From Eledone cirrhosa (lineage: Eukaryota), in the NCBI GenBank assembly GCA_964016885.1, contig OZ024744.1, positions 88,536,001 to 88,600,000 on the forward strand: 64,000 bases of DNA, given 5' to 3'. Of the stretch, positions 14,601 to 27,921 are shown in pieces. How positions within the stretch are numbered: position 1 is the first letter of the stretch; each line of letters starts with the position of its first letter. Position numbers and translations under genes: made by a program. Below the pieces are notes generated by a model. The model was not told the DNA's origin. It ran no database searches and saw only the letters and a list, made by a program, of their open reading frames with translations.

Positions 14601-14880
14601 AAGTAAAGTGGGAGGTAAAAAGGATTTGGAACTGCCATAAATTCAAAGTGGTCCTGATTGTCATAGGCGCACTAGGTACTATCTCAAAGAGTTTCCAAGG
14701 ATGGTTAAAGAAAATTGGTCCCGCCCCGCTTTTTGGAACACTTCAAAAGGCATGCTTGCTGGGAACAAAAAGAACCCTCCGATACGTCCTGAATATCTGA
14801 GGCTGCAGGTAGTGGCTTGATATTCATTTCAACAAACTTTCCAGTTAAATAACATCAATGACTGAGACTTAAAGAACACC
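11676..14880 (+). mobile_element. R4/Dong-clade non-LTR retrotransposon (RT + restriction-like endonuclease), 5'-truncated
   Basis: QARVIRTNGWISELELEEL N-terminal motif, [41 protein letters not shown] zinc knuckle, RHD, NRPDLV..D, and a (TAA)n tail. Confidence 0.93.

Positions 14881-14949
<69 letters not shown>
14881..14949. repeat. (TAA)n tract shared by two tail-to-tail LINEs
   Basis: Direct reading. Confidence 0.95.
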
Positions 14950-14950
<1 letters not shown>

Positions 14951-15635
14951 CTTTCTTTATTAACCACAAGGGCCGACATGCATGGGACAATACAAAGACA
15001 GGGACAGTGGGGTTTACAATAAGGTCGAGTAAAAGTACACAATGGCAAGACTAATTTAACAATGAAGATATAAAAAATATAAAATAAACTATGAATAAAT
15101 ATAACAAAATAAATTCCCCTATAGGGGTGGACGACCCTGGGGTGACTCAGGTACCCCACCAATCCTGAACCACCCTGCGCTTCTAGGGCACCCAGGGAGA
15201 GCACCCCTCTCCTCAAGTTAGCTAGCCTATAGGCGCATGGTCAGAGTAGGCCCATTCACACGGGCCATTCTCGCCACATTCATCGACCTTTTAGCAAATG
15301 TACGGGGGGGGGGGCAGCATATCTCTCTCCACCCTCACCGTCCTTTCCAGGTGAAACTTGAAGAAGTTGATGAGGGATTGGCCGAAGAGAAAAGTGTCTG
15401 TATTCAGTCCTTTTAATCTGGTCCACCATATAACCTCTTTCGCAGCTGCCACCAGACAGAGGAAAATGTCCTGCTCTTCCTGACCTAAGGAAGGCGGCGG
15501 GTCGATCTTCACTATGGACTCATCCGATAGCCGGATTCGTTCCATACGCGACAGTAGCTGTTCGACATAACTCCACAAGTGAGTAATGCACGGACATTGG
15601 ACAAGTGCGTGCAGAACGTTTCGTCGTTCTGTGCT
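14950..15635 (-). mobile_element. L1/Tx1-clade LINE 3' fragment
   Basis: KEVIWWTRLKGL..DTFL.GQSLINFFKFHL, the same C-terminus as 8590-8814 and 44406-44705; AATAAA then (ATT)n tail. Confidence 0.88.
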
Positions 15636-15809
15636 TTAACCCTTAACGGGATCTTCTGAAACTAAAAAGATCAATCTGTGAACGCAGAAGTAAATATTTC
15701 GAAAAACGCTATATATATATATATATATAATACTATATATATAAAACACTATATACATATATATATATAAACAGACACTATATATGCGTATATACACACA
15801 CACACAGAT

Positions 15810-16050
15810 AGTGTCATAATGTCGTAATGCAGACAGTCAGTCATACAGATAGATAGTATAAGGGCGCGACGTTATAGCTATCTAATGCGGTCCCTAGGGC
15901 ATTGAAGATTTGAAATATTTTTTGCTCAAACACTCACACGACCATACGTATTACATGTGTAAAGTTTGAAAAAAATCGGTTGGCTGGTTCTCGAGTGCCA
16001 GGGAGTCAGTCAGACAGACAGACAGGCATTCTCTGTTTTAGATATATAGA
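15810..16050 (-). mobile_element. 5' part of non-autonomous Helitron (family of 54163-54916)
   Basis: Reverse complement begins A|TCTATATAT..AAAAC and matches 54163-54450. Confidence 0.7.
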
Positions 16051-16087
16051 TGATATTACTTACTTCCTCATACTAAACGTCATTTAT

Positions 16088-16177
<90 letters not shown>
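16088..16177. repeat. (TAG)n microsatellite
   Basis: Direct reading. Confidence 0.97.
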
Positions 16178-16729
16178 CAGCAACTGCGTTTGATATGCAA
16201 CTTTCAAATATTCGTTTGGAAGCAATTACTACTTTCGAACAGAAAACCGAGGATCTCCAGACTTCTGGTGGTCGTTATAATAAAGGTAAGTCATTCAAAG
16301 ATGAGAGTACCGTTTGTCAAGATACTTTGCGATATCTTTTGAATTCAATAGCTTCGAGATGGACATGCTGATGTCATTGCAATGTATACCTGTACCATAA
16401 TTCTATGAATACAGTTCCATTGAAAGATCTTTTCTGTCTGTAAAGAAAATATTATTCTTCCAAACGGGGTCGATAAAATAAAGTACCAGTAATGCACTGG
16501 GTAATTGCTGGCCTTGTGCCTAAAGTAGAAACAATTATTCTTCCAAACAATAAAAGAGACAATGAGCGGGCAATTCACCAGCAAAAAAATCAGCCAAATT
16601 TCCTTCAAATAACAGTCTATTTGTATTTATAGAAAAAAATACATAATAGACAATGAAGAGATACATAGATGTACGAAAGGAAGCGTTATTCACGGCAGGA
16701 ACGTCTTCGATCATAATGTTTCTTAATAA

Positions 16730-17485
16730 TAATGGTTTCTAGTAGAGGCACAAGGCCAGTAATTTGGGGGGAGGGGAAAGTCAATTAAATCGACCCCAGT
16801 ACGTTACTGGTGTTTTATTTTATCGATCCCGTAAGGATGAAAGGCAAAGGTAACCTCGGCGGGTTTTGAACTCTGTCTATAAAGAGCCGTAACTCTATAC
16901 TGCAAAGCATTGTGTCCGACTACCGATACTGCCCTTGTTTCTTAATAATAATAACAACAAAAATATTAATGGCTAAACATTTTGTTTCAGTCAAGGAAAT
17001 CTACACCAGTGCGTAACTGGTACTTTATTTTATCGACCCCGTAAGGATGAAAGGCAAAGATAACCTCGGTGGGATTTTTTTAGAACGTAAAGGAACGTAA
17101 CTATGTACCGCAAAGTATGTTGTGCGACAATAATAATGGTTTCTGATTTGGGTACAAGGCCAACAATTTTGGGAGAAGGGAAAAGCCGATTAAATCGACC
17201 TCAGTACATTACTGGTACTTTATTTTATCAACCCCGTAAGGATGAAAGGCAAAGATAACCTCGGCGGGATTTGAACTCATCCACAACAATAATAATTGTT
17301 TCTACTTTAGGCACCAGGCCAGCAATTACCCCAGTGCATTACTGGTACTTTATTTTATCGACACCGTAAGGATGAAAGGTAAAGTTAACGTCGGCGGGAT
17401 TTGAACCCAGACCTTAAATGGTCGTAACTCTATGCTGCAAAGCATAGCGTCCGACTCTCTACCTATACTGCCAATCCACCGCCCC
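16730..17485 (-). mobile_element. cluster of four SINE family B copies
   Basis: Repeated TTTATCGACCCCGTAAGGATGAAAGGC core, all on the minus strand and head-to-tail. Confidence 0.85.
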
Positions 17486-18180
17486 CATCCACGACACTAA
17501 TAATAACAATTATTATAATTTCCCTTAAACTGATACCTATTAAACTAGTTATTATCCGTTTACATTGATATCCACAGAGCTATTTTCTCTTAATCTGTTA
17601 AGCGTTGTCTCATTATATTAGGTCGTGTCTCATTTTATACCGTTTGGAGTCAATAACAACTTCATTCGGTCTACAATTCCCAGATAATAATACACGCAAA
17701 GCTATATTCGATCGTCTCTTCGTAAGACCAATCATTTTACCATTGACCCTAACTAATCTGTCTGATCACCATAATCCAGCAAAATTCCTAATCAGCTTTC
17801 TGGACATCGCAGAAATTCTAAAGACAAAGGCACAGCCAAGGAAACAGAAATATGCAAAGCTCTAAAACTTTTATTTTTATTTTTATAAATAGTCATGGCT
17901 GACTGTATGTTTTAATGTTTACTCTGCGATTAGAAGAAAATATTGCAGCCGTTTCTAGCAGATGGAGCTATAATGTAGAACATCCCCTGTAGGCTATCTC
18001 CAGTAATTCATATGAAAGGGGGATAAGAATCGAGAATTAGGTTTGGAAGGAGGAACTAACGATTCTAGGAGAGATTGTCATATTTTTTGGATCGTATTAT
18101 TTTTGAGTGGCTGCCCACCATATTTGAAACATTATATATGTTTATATATAAAAACATACACACACATATATATATATATA

Positions 18181-18650
18181 TGTGTGGTGACCTACATTCC
18201 GCGGGCTCACATACATTCTCTGTGCGTGATTTGGCTCAGCTCAGCCAATCAGCGCCAGTAGAAGAGGATGTATCCCTACGCGTTCTGAGGGAGAAATAGC
18301 CCGCAAAGATTTGAGGACGCTATGACTTCCAGCTGGACCATGCTAAGGTAAAACACGCTTGTTCTTTTGCTCCGTAAGCACAAACAATATGTAACGACAA
18401 AACATTACCGACGAGCCTGGCCAAACGCCTTCAGCCAGTCGCCCGTATTTTCTCTTGTAATCTTAATTGATTTGTTTCATTTCTTTTGGCATGCCAGCCT
18501 AATTCACTTCTTAACCTTGGTTAATAAATAATGTAAAAACAAGCTAAAGTCGTTGTCGATATTCCTATCGTATCTTTCTACCAAACCTGGTTCCTCGTGG
18601 CAACCTTACAACTCTCCAACTATAACTCTCCGCTAAATTGGTGACAATAC
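18181..18650 (+). mobile_element. putative LTR of an LTR retrotransposon with PBS remnant
   Basis: Starts TGTGG in a (TA)n tract, GC-richer, has CCAAT (18245) and AATAAA (18523), followed by TGGTGAC (PBS-like) at about 18638. No second copy in the window. Confidence 0.45.
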
Positions 18651-19064
18651 TTCTCTCCCAAATATATATATATGTGTGTGTGTGTGGTAGTGGGGAGGTT
18701 TATGTTAATCTATACATTTCATATTGAAAATCAATATAATCGATATTTAAATCGATTTTTTTTTTGGCATGTGCTAAAAATCATTATTTTTCTTTTCTCC
18801 TAAAGTATGTTCGTACCAATTATATCACTATTTTCACCGCAATTCAAGTATTCACTAAAAAAATAACCTTACCATGGCATGCCATTAAAGGTATATCAAA
18901 GAAATACCACTTCCTAACATAAATACTTGAGATTATATAATATGGGACTTAACAACACTCAATTGTTGCAAGGCAGCAGGATATGTTGAATTACTATCTT
19001 CAAGTTATTGAAAAAATTATTATGGAAAATGATATTTGATTGTTTAAGATCTACACCAAAAGCA

Positions 19065-19240
19065 ACGAAATTTCCGGTGTCGAAGACGCTACTTTTTTTC
19101 CTAAAATAAGTCTCAAAAATCTACCATGCGTCCTGGAGGCCAAAAATTGTTTTTTTATTTTTTTTTTTTTCAAATTTTTGGTTGTCAAAATTAGGGTACG
19201 TCCTCGAGGACGAAGCGTCTTCGGCGCCGGGAAATACGGT
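19065..19240. mobile_element. pogo/Tc2-like MITE remnant
   Basis: Imperfect TIRs ATTTCCGGTGTCGAAGACGC / GCGTCTTCGGCGCCGGGAAATACGG followed by TA. Confidence 0.55.
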
Positions 19241-19761
19241 ATATATTTTTCATGAAGTAGAATTAAATATTCAGTTTAAATGGAAAACAAAACATTGTTA
19301 TATTTGGGTACCTATTTGGATAGAACATAGAACAATAAATTCTTTCAATATACCAATTAAAAATTAAAAAAACTGCTTTAACAAATGAATACAGTTGAAT
19401 CGCATTCAGAGAAATGAGTAGAGTCTAGAGAAACCTGATCTTTTCAAAGTAATAATACAAATATGTGTTTCAGATTACTCTAAAATATTTTATACAGAGT
19501 GGTGAGGAATAATATTATTCATAGACTTGGATTAAAAAATACAGTTAGGAAAAGGCTTTCTATTTATGATAGTTTAGTGAATCTAAAACATTTTGAACCA
19601 GGAAAGATACACGGTTAGACTAATTTAGAGAGTTCTGTTAAAAATATATAATTATCTATCAGAAAAATAAGTAACGTTGATTTGGATATGAGGTTATACA
19701 GATAATAGAGAAAACACGAAAAACAAAATAATTGAAAAAAAGGGGAAAAGCACAAATGGAA

Positions 19762-22000
19762 ATAATTGTTTCTACTTTTGGCACAAGGCCACTAATTACC
19801 CCACTGCATTACTGGTACTTTATTTTATCGACCCAGTAAGGATGAAAGGCAAAGTTAACCTCAGCGGGATTTGAACTCAGAGCATAAAGGGCATTAACTC
19901 TTTGCAGTAAACCATGGCGTCAGACCCTCTACCGATACCGCCAATTCACACAGTAATAATTGTTTCTACTTTTGGCACAAGGCCAGCATTTACCCAGTGT
20001 ATTACTGGTATTTTATTTCTTATAGAAATAATTGTTTTTACTTTAGGCACAAGGCCAGCAATTATCCAGTGCATTACTGGTACTTTATTTTATCGACCCC
20101 GGCGGGATTTGAACTCAGATCGTAAAGGGACGTAACTATGCTGGAAAGCATGGCGTCCGACCCTCTACCCATACTGCCAATCCACTGCCAATCCACCGCC
20201 CTATATTTTATAGAAATAATGAATGTAAATTACATTTCAAATCTCTCACAAGTCAAATCATTTAGCAGTAACATAATTAGTCTATGGAAGGAAATGTTGG
20301 GAAGAAACTAGAGATGAACTGTGAAATTTCATTCTTCCATTATCTCTGTCAACTGTTCTATATTCAAATATAATTTTGTTGATTTTTAATATTTCTATAT
20401 TATCACTATATTATATCACTCTCTTACCATCTTACCACTGTTAATATATAATAGTTATGATACCGTAATTGCAGTACAATATATACATTTTATCACTAAG
20501 TTATATCACTTTCTTACCATTGTTAATATATAATAGTACAATATTATATATACACTTTATCACTAAGTTATATCACTCTCTTACCATTGTTAATATATAA
20601 TTGTTTCTACTTTAGGCACAGGGCCAGCAATAACCCAGTACATTACTGGTACTTTATTTTATCGACCCCGTAGGGATGAAAGGCAAAGTTAAGCTCGGCG
20701 GGATTTGAACTCAGACTGTAAAAGGACGTAACTATGCTAGAAAGCATGGCGTCCAACCCTCTACCGATACTGCCAATTCACCACCCTATAATACTACAAT
20801 ATTATATATACACTTTATCACTAAGTTATATCACTCGCTTACCATTGTTAATATATAATTGTTTCTACTTTAGGCACAAGGCCAGCAATTACCCAGTGCA
20901 TTACTGGTACTTTATTTTTAATTAAGTACTATATTGTTAAGTACTATATTTAATTAAGTACTATAATTAAGTACTATATTGTTAATATATAATACTACAA
21001 TATTATATATACACTTTATCACTAAGTTATATCACTCGCTTACCATTGTTAATATATAATACTACAATATTATATATACACTTTATCACTAAGTTATATC
21101 ACTCGCTTACCATTGTTAATATATAATTGTTTCTACTTTAGGCACAAGGCCAGCAATTACCCAGTGCATTACTGGTACTTTATTTTATCGACCCCGTAAG
21201 GATGAAAGGCAAAGTCAACCTCGGCGGGATTTGAACTCAGATCGTAAAGGGACGTAACTATGCTGGAAAGCATGGCGTCCGACCCTCTACCGATACTGCC
21301 AATCCACCACCCTTTGTTAATATATAATACTACAATATTATATATACACTTTATCACTAAGTTATATCACTCGCTTACCATTGTTAATATATAATACTAC
21401 AATATTATATATACACTTTATCACTAAGTTATATCACTCGCTTACCATTGTTAATATATAATACTACAATATTATATATACACTTTATCACTAAGTTATA
21501 TCACTCGCTTACCATTGTTAATATATAATACTACAATATTATATATACACTTTATCACTAAGTTATATCACTCGCTTACCATTGTTAATATATAATACTA
21601 CAATATTATATATACACTTTATCACTAAGTTATATCACTCGCTTACCATTGTTAATATATAATACTACAATATTATATATACACTTTATCACTAAGTTAT
21701 ATCACTCGCTTACTATTGTTAATATATAATACTACAATATTATATATACATTGCACACTACCTTTCCTTTTTTCATAAAACTAAATTATTGTTTCTATTT
21801 TAGGCAGGAATTTGAAGGGGAGGAGAAATTCGATTAAATCGACCCCAATACTCATACATAACTGGTACTTTATTTTATCGACCCCGTAAGGATGAAAGAC
21901 AAACCTAACCTCGACGGAATTTGAACTCAGAACGTAAAGGGCCGTAACTCTCTGCCGTGAAGCATAGTGTCCGACGCTCTACCGATATTGCCAATCCAAT
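19762..22000 (-). mobile_element. cluster of full and partial SINE family B copies
   Basis: Copies at about 19762-19950, 19955-20200, 20600-20785, 20857-20920, 21125-21312 and 21787-22000. Confidence 0.85.
20400..21750. repeat. 67-bp AT-rich minisatellite interleaved with SINEs
   Basis: Unit TTGTTAATATATAATACTACAATATTATATATACACTTTATCACTAAGTTATATCACTCGCTTACCA; about six near-perfect tandem units at 21315-21750. Confidence 0.95.
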
Positions 22001-22529
22001 GAATCATTAAATTGAATAATTTGTCAGATAGTTCCATCCGTTGTGTTTCTTCTCCGATTTAAGGAAGGATTGTCCAATGACCACCTGGATCTATACTAGA
22101 AATCTACATGGATTAGTTGTAAGAACTTAAGAGAAGTATTCTCAAGTAAAAGCCAACGATGTGGTCTACCTATATTGTTTGGCATTAACAATGCAACTCT
22201 TGAAATATACTATAAGCCATCCTTCTGATATTTCAATAGCTCTGTCTAAACCATGCACGAATCACACACATACGGCTTGAAACTCTCCTCCGCTTTTGAT
22301 GTGTCCATCGCATCAGCCCATATCGCTCTCTTCTTGACCGGGTACTTCAAACAGAATTCAACAAGAAATACGGGTTTTCAAACATTCAGATCGTACGCCT
22401 GATTCGAATCATGTCTGTGAGTATCAGTTTCTTTTTTTTTTTTTTTTCTGAAGGACATCAAGATTCTTAACCCAAGTTTATTCTCTCTCTCCCTCCCCCC
22501 TCCCCCTCTCTCTCTGATATATGTATATA

Positions 22530-22595
<66 letters not shown>

Positions 22596-22671
22596 AAAGG
22601 TGAACAGAAATAACAACACAATATATCTATCTATCACACACTCTCCCTCTCTTTCATTCCCTCGCACCCTC

Positions 22672-22710
<39 letters not shown>

Positions 22711-22711
<1 letters not shown>

Positions 22712-22765
22712 CCCCCTTTGTATTTGTCCCCTTCTTTTGTGCCCCTGTGGCTAATAAAGAAATAT
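22711..22765 (+). mobile_element. extremely 5'-truncated Tx1 3' end in (CTAT)n
   Basis: TCCCCCTTTGTATTTGTCCCCTTCTTTTGTGCCCCTGTGGCTAATAAAGAAA matches 44230-44280 and 44895-44945. Confidence 0.8.
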
Positions 22766-23099
22766 ATCTATCTACCTAACTAGCTCTCTCCTTCTCCCTC
22801 TCTCTTAATCCATATATCTCTGTTTCTTTTTTTTTTAAGAGTGACCGCAGGTGAGCTCAAATGCAAACAGGTTACATGTTCTTTTTTTTACTCTGGTCTC
22901 TATAGAATTCATTTCTTTGTTTTTGTATGTGTTGTTTGTTTCATGCATTCTCACAAGAGATATTATTATTCCGTTATCCCTGTAAAATTTCAAACAACCT
23001 ATATGTTACAATATAATGAAGTACATAACCAACATGAATATACAACACAGCCATATAAACACGCTACACCATTTCATGCAGCTATAGTTTAGCCATTAG

Positions 23100-23990
23100 T
23101 GAAGGCGTGTGACTTAGTGGCTAGAGCATCGGGCATACAATCGTGAGTTTGTGAGTTTGTGAGTTCGTGTGGTACAAGACACTTTATTTCACGTTGCTCC
23201 AGTTTACTCAGATGTAGAAATAAGTTGCGACGTCACTGGTGCCAAGCTGTATCAGCCATTGCCTTTCTCTTGGACAACATTATATATGAGGTATATATAA
23301 TATATAGTCTATACATAGTGTGTATGTAGTGTATATATATAATATACAGTCTATACATAGTGTATATATAGTGTATATATAGTGTATATATAGTGTATAT
23401 ATTAGTTACGACGTCACTGGGGCCAAGCTGTATAAGCCATTACCTTTCCATTGGACAACATTATATATGGTGTATATATACATATATAATATATAGTATA
23501 TACATAGTGTATACATAGTGTATATATATTAGTTACGACGTCACTGGTGCCAAGCTGTATCAGCCATTGCCTTTCTCTTGGACAACATTATATATGGTGT
23601 ATATATACATATATAATATATAGTATATACATAGTGTATACATAGTGTATATATATTATATATATTAGTTACGACGTCACTGGGGCCAAGCTGTATCAGC
23701 CATTGCCTTTCTCTTGGACAACATTATATATGGTGGATATATATATATATATAATATATAGTATATACATAGTGTATACATAGTGTATATATATTATATA
23801 TATTAGTTACGACGTCACTGGGGCCAAGCTGTATCAGCCATTACCTTTCCCTTGGACAACATCGGTGGCGTGGAGAGGGGGACACTGGTATGTATGGTAT
23901 GCATGGGTGTCTGCTGGTTTTCCTCAAACAACCTTGCCTGGACTTGTGCCTCGGGGAGAAATTACTAGATGCAAATCACATGGTCATTCA
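23100..23990 (+). mobile_element. SINE family A with internal tandem amplification
   Basis: About 58-bp SINE segment (GACGTCACTGG.GCCAAGCTGTATCAGCCATT) repeated five times, separated by TA-rich inserts. Confidence 0.85.
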
Positions 23991-24286
23991 CATTAGGCAT
24001 TACATCATTAATTACGTTATTTTTTGCCTGTCTCACACTACTGTTATACGATTATGAAAAGAAATGTTTTATCACAACGTTATACACATATAACATAATT
24101 CACATGCTGATACTGGCTAAATAATTTTTTTCTATTTCATATGCAAATGATGTTAATAGATTTCTTTTGATAAAAATCATCACTCAGAGTTCAGTATCTT
24201 TAGTCTATTTAGGCCATAAAGATTATAAAATAAGGTTAGTCGTAATATTCATGACATAAACCCTCTCTTTCTCTTTTTCACTCTGC

Positions 24287-24383
<97 letters not shown>

Positions 24384-24556
24384 TGTATACAGAGCAAAAA
24401 AGAGAACGACAGATAATAAAAAGGAGAACGACAGATAATAATAACAATATTCGATTCGTTTGCAAGCAATCGGCCTCATTGTGCTATGTCTTGTTTTTTA
24501 TGACTTTCGTCATCCCTTTGTTCAACAGTAGCATCGAAGAAAAGTCAACACACACG

Positions 24557-24591
<35 letters not shown>

Positions 24592-24654
24592 TATATATAT
24601 AAATCAGGAAAGAAGGTTGACATGGTTTGCTATAGAAGAAAGGTTTTTAATCTC

Positions 24655-24765
24655 ATAGCTGACAATTGTTTCTCTGAACTGGTAGGTCTAGAGATCGCTA
24701 TTCGCTTATTTTCACGTTACTCGATCGCCAATACAAAATTATAACCAGTCAGATCTTCGGAGCAT
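24655..24765 (-). ncRNA. type-I hammerhead, C4 variant with long stem II
   Basis: Reverse complement: GCU-CCGAAGA-UCUGACUGGU[~60 nt]ACCAGUUCAGA-GAAA-CAAUUG-UC-AGC; palindromic stem III; GUC cleavage triplet. Confidence 0.7.
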
Positions 24766-24894
24766 GCGAGAATGAAGAGAATACACAGGCAAGAAAAGAA
24801 TATACAGGCTACTATATCATCCACTACCTGGAATACCATAACTGGACTATACCTAAGTGGACTGCATTTAACTATTATTTGCTACCCCGTATAT

Positions 24895-24951
<57 letters not shown>

Positions 24952-25206
24952 TATAAATAAAATAACAGGATGCTGGACTGGTGTAAATCCTTGAAAGGTT
25001 TATTATACTATGATCATTCCAATGACCGGGTTCCGTATGAATCCGGTAATATCATCATATTTATTTATAATAATTAACTCCGTATTCGCACCACCAACTA
25101 CACAAATGAAGACGGGTGAGCTGCATTACGTTGAGTACTCTCCATAATATTACATCAAGATTGACCATACGGAATGACCAATTCTATCCAGTGGTGAACC
25201 AACAAA

Positions 25207-25271
<65 letters not shown>

Positions 25272-25274
<3 letters not shown>

Positions 25275-26230
25275 ACCAGCCCAGTCTACTTAAACAACGT
25301 TGTGGAATAGTTCAGGATCATAGCCGGAGTAAGACAAGGTTGTTTCTCACTCCAACTCTCTTCAACATCTTCTTGGAAAGAATTATGACAGACGCACTGG
25401 AAGACCATGAAGGGACAGTCAGCATCGGTGGCAGGACTGTTATGAACTTACGTTTTGCCGATAACATAGATGGTCTAGCAGGCAAGGAAGAGAAGCTAGC
25501 CAATCTAGTGGAACGCCTTGACGAGACTTCTACTGCCTACGGCATGCAGATCAGTGTAGAAAAGACCAAAGTGATGACCAACAACACCAAAAGCATCAGC
25601 ACTGACATCAGAGTCAATGGTGAGAAACTAGAATGCGTCAACAGTTTCAAATACCTGGGGGAAATCACTTCAGATGAAGGATCTAAGCCCCAAGTACTCG
25701 CCAGATTTGCCCAGACCACAGCAGCACTTACAGAATATAAGACTATCTGGAATGATAAGAACATAACCCTTAGCTCAAAGATCAGACTGATGCGTTCTCT
25801 GGTCATGTCCATATTCTTGTATACCTGTGAGTCTTGGACAATAACAACAGATCTGGAAAGAAGATTACAGGCTATGGAGATAAGATGCTTCAGAAAGCTT
25901 CTTGGCGTCGCCTACGGAGACCGCATCTCCAATGAGGAGGTACGAAACAGAATTTAGACCTGTTGATCATTGTAAAAAAATGTAAATTGAGATGGTACGG
26001 ACACGTGACAATATCTTCAGGGCTTGCCAAAACTGTCTTGCAGGGAACAGTACAAGGAGAAAGAAAGAGAGATAGACAGAGAAAGAGATGGGAGGACAAC
26101 ATCTCGAAATGTACAAACATGAGGCTAGGTGCAAACATGAGGATGGCGGAGAGGAATGGAAGGAACTGGTTACCAGGTCATCTGTAGCGACCCAACTGTC
26201 CATCAGATTACAGGACAGATAAGATGAGAT
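25272..26230 (+). mobile_element. RTE-clade LINE 3' portion
   Basis: GVRQGC, PTLFNIFLE, LRFADNID, FKYLG, YTCESW and LRWYGHV motifs; short-repeat tail; inserted in (TA)n. Confidence 0.92.
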
Positions 26231-26383
26231 AAGAATATATATATAAATCAACTAAAAGCTTAACACTTCACACAAAGTAAAATATTTCGTTTTAATCATT
26301 TTATAACCCAGAAAAAAGAGAGAAATAAATAAAAAGGGAAACAAATATATTTTTCTTCCTAATAATCGTCTTTTTCTCCCTGC

Positions 26384-26427
<44 letters not shown>

Positions 26428-26431
26428 ATAT

Positions 26432-26600
26432 ATAGGAAAATAGTCAGGACCCGACGGCAGATATTTCTGGAGTCCAGAAATAGCCGTCGAAACGGCTTGA
26501 GCTCTGCCGTCGGGGTCCTGACTATTTTCCTATTACCAAAGTATCGAGTACTCTGGTGTATTATGGTCAACCTGGTTTCTTACCACACTTCCTTCGTTAT
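26432..26600 (+). mobile_element. palindromic hairpin element plus 70-bp tail
   Basis: ATAGGAAAATAGTCAGGACCCGACGGCAG...CTGCCGTCGGGGTCCTGACTATTTTCCTAT; related copies at 57013-57189 (-) and 50695-50890. Confidence 0.75.
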
Positions 26601-26879
26601 ATATATATATATATATATTGATATATCTCATATGAAATAATATAGCCAGTTTTCCACACAACATAATTAGTTAGCACCCCGAACGTTTAATTAGGAATAT
26701 ACTCATTTATTTCCTAATGTTTGTTGAGTGAGTTGGGATTTGGGCGGAGTATCGCTATTAGCTTTCTCCGATAATGTATTTATTATATATATATATATAT
26801 ATATATATGGAACGATCGACTTTCGTCAAATCGGACCGAGGGAACAATGTTTCCGTTGGTCTTCCCAATTGCTAATACT

Positions 26880-27020
26880 ATCTATCGGTCGCAACTCCAG
26901 GTAGAAGGAGCAACGTGAAATAAAGTGTCTTTCTCAAGGACATAACGCATCGCCTTGTCCAGGAATCGAACTCACAACATTACGATTGCGAATCCAATTC
27001 TCTAACCACTCAGCCACACG

Positions 27021-27022
<2 letters not shown>
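26880..27022 (-). mobile_element. SINE family A, 5' part
   Basis: Reverse complement has GCGTGTGGCTGAGTGGTTAG..GAGTTCGATTCC..GTCCTTGAG. Confidence 0.8.
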
Positions 27023-27065
<43 letters not shown>

Positions 27066-27090
27066 TCGTTTGTTCAACTCTGACAAAGGA

Positions 27091-27133
27091 ACGCTGTACT
27101 AGTTTCAAGCTTATTAACTATCGTCAGCAACGT
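27091..27133 (-). ncRNA. hammerhead, inverted copy
   Basis: Reverse complement is intact, with a G-U substitution in stem II. Confidence 0.8.
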
Positions 27134-27472
27134 ATACCTTCCTGCCAGATTGTTGAACGTATATACTTACCTTATGCATATTAACGGCTGAGTAGCCCAA
27201 TTTGCATATCGAGTGGGTTAATCGGCCGGGTGCACCGACAACGATAAACGGAAAAAATGAAACGAAATTTCATTTCCCACTCTTAGTACGGCTGTTACTT
27301 AAATATATGTATGTACACGTACATACATATATGTATACAGACGTACAGTAGTATGTATATATATATACATACATGCACACATATATATATATGTCGATAT
27401 GCAAATTGGGCTACTCAGCCGTTAATATGCATAAGGTAAGTATATACGTTCAACAATCTGGCAGGAAGGTAT

Positions 27473-27515
27473 ACGTTGCTGACGATAGCTAATAAGCTTG
27501 AAACTAGTACAGCGT
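27473..27515 (+). ncRNA. minimal type-I hammerhead ribozyme
   Basis: ACGUUG-CUGACGA-U-AGCU(AAUA)AGCU-U-GAAA-CUAG-UA-CAGCGU; predicted cleavage after GUA at 27509. Confidence 0.85.
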
Positions 27516-27878
27516 TCCTTTGTCAGTGTTGAACAAACGAGCAGCGATGGTGGCTAGACACTACGGCTTAAAACGGGATGTTTGTTTACAAACACACCGA
27601 GCATTACAATAAACGTTCGGTGAATCCATACGTACATATATATATGTGTGCATGTATGTATATATATATACATACTACTGTACGTCTGTATACATATATG
27701 TATGTACGTGTACATACTTATATTTAAGTAACAGCCGTACTAAGAGTGGGAAATGAAATTTCGTTTCATTTTTTCGGTGCACCCGGCCGATTAACCAACT
27801 CGATATGCAAATTGAGCTACTCAGCCGTTAATATGCATAAGGTAAGTATATACGTTCAACAATCTGGCAGGAAGGTAT

Positions 27879-27921
27879 ACGTTACTGACGATAGCTAATA
27901 AACTTGAAACTAGTACAGCGT
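27879..27921 (+). ncRNA. hammerhead, second tandem copy (two mismatches)
   Basis: Same motif 406 nt downstream; predicted cleavage after 27915. Confidence 0.75.

Noticed and set aside
21315-21750. Regular array resembling CRISPR
   Set aside because: Pure tandem 67-bp units without unique spacers.
23220-23860. CRISPR-like repeat-spacer pattern
   Set aside because: The repeats are SINE segments, the spacers are related TA-rich sequences, there are no cas genes, and the context is eukaryotic.
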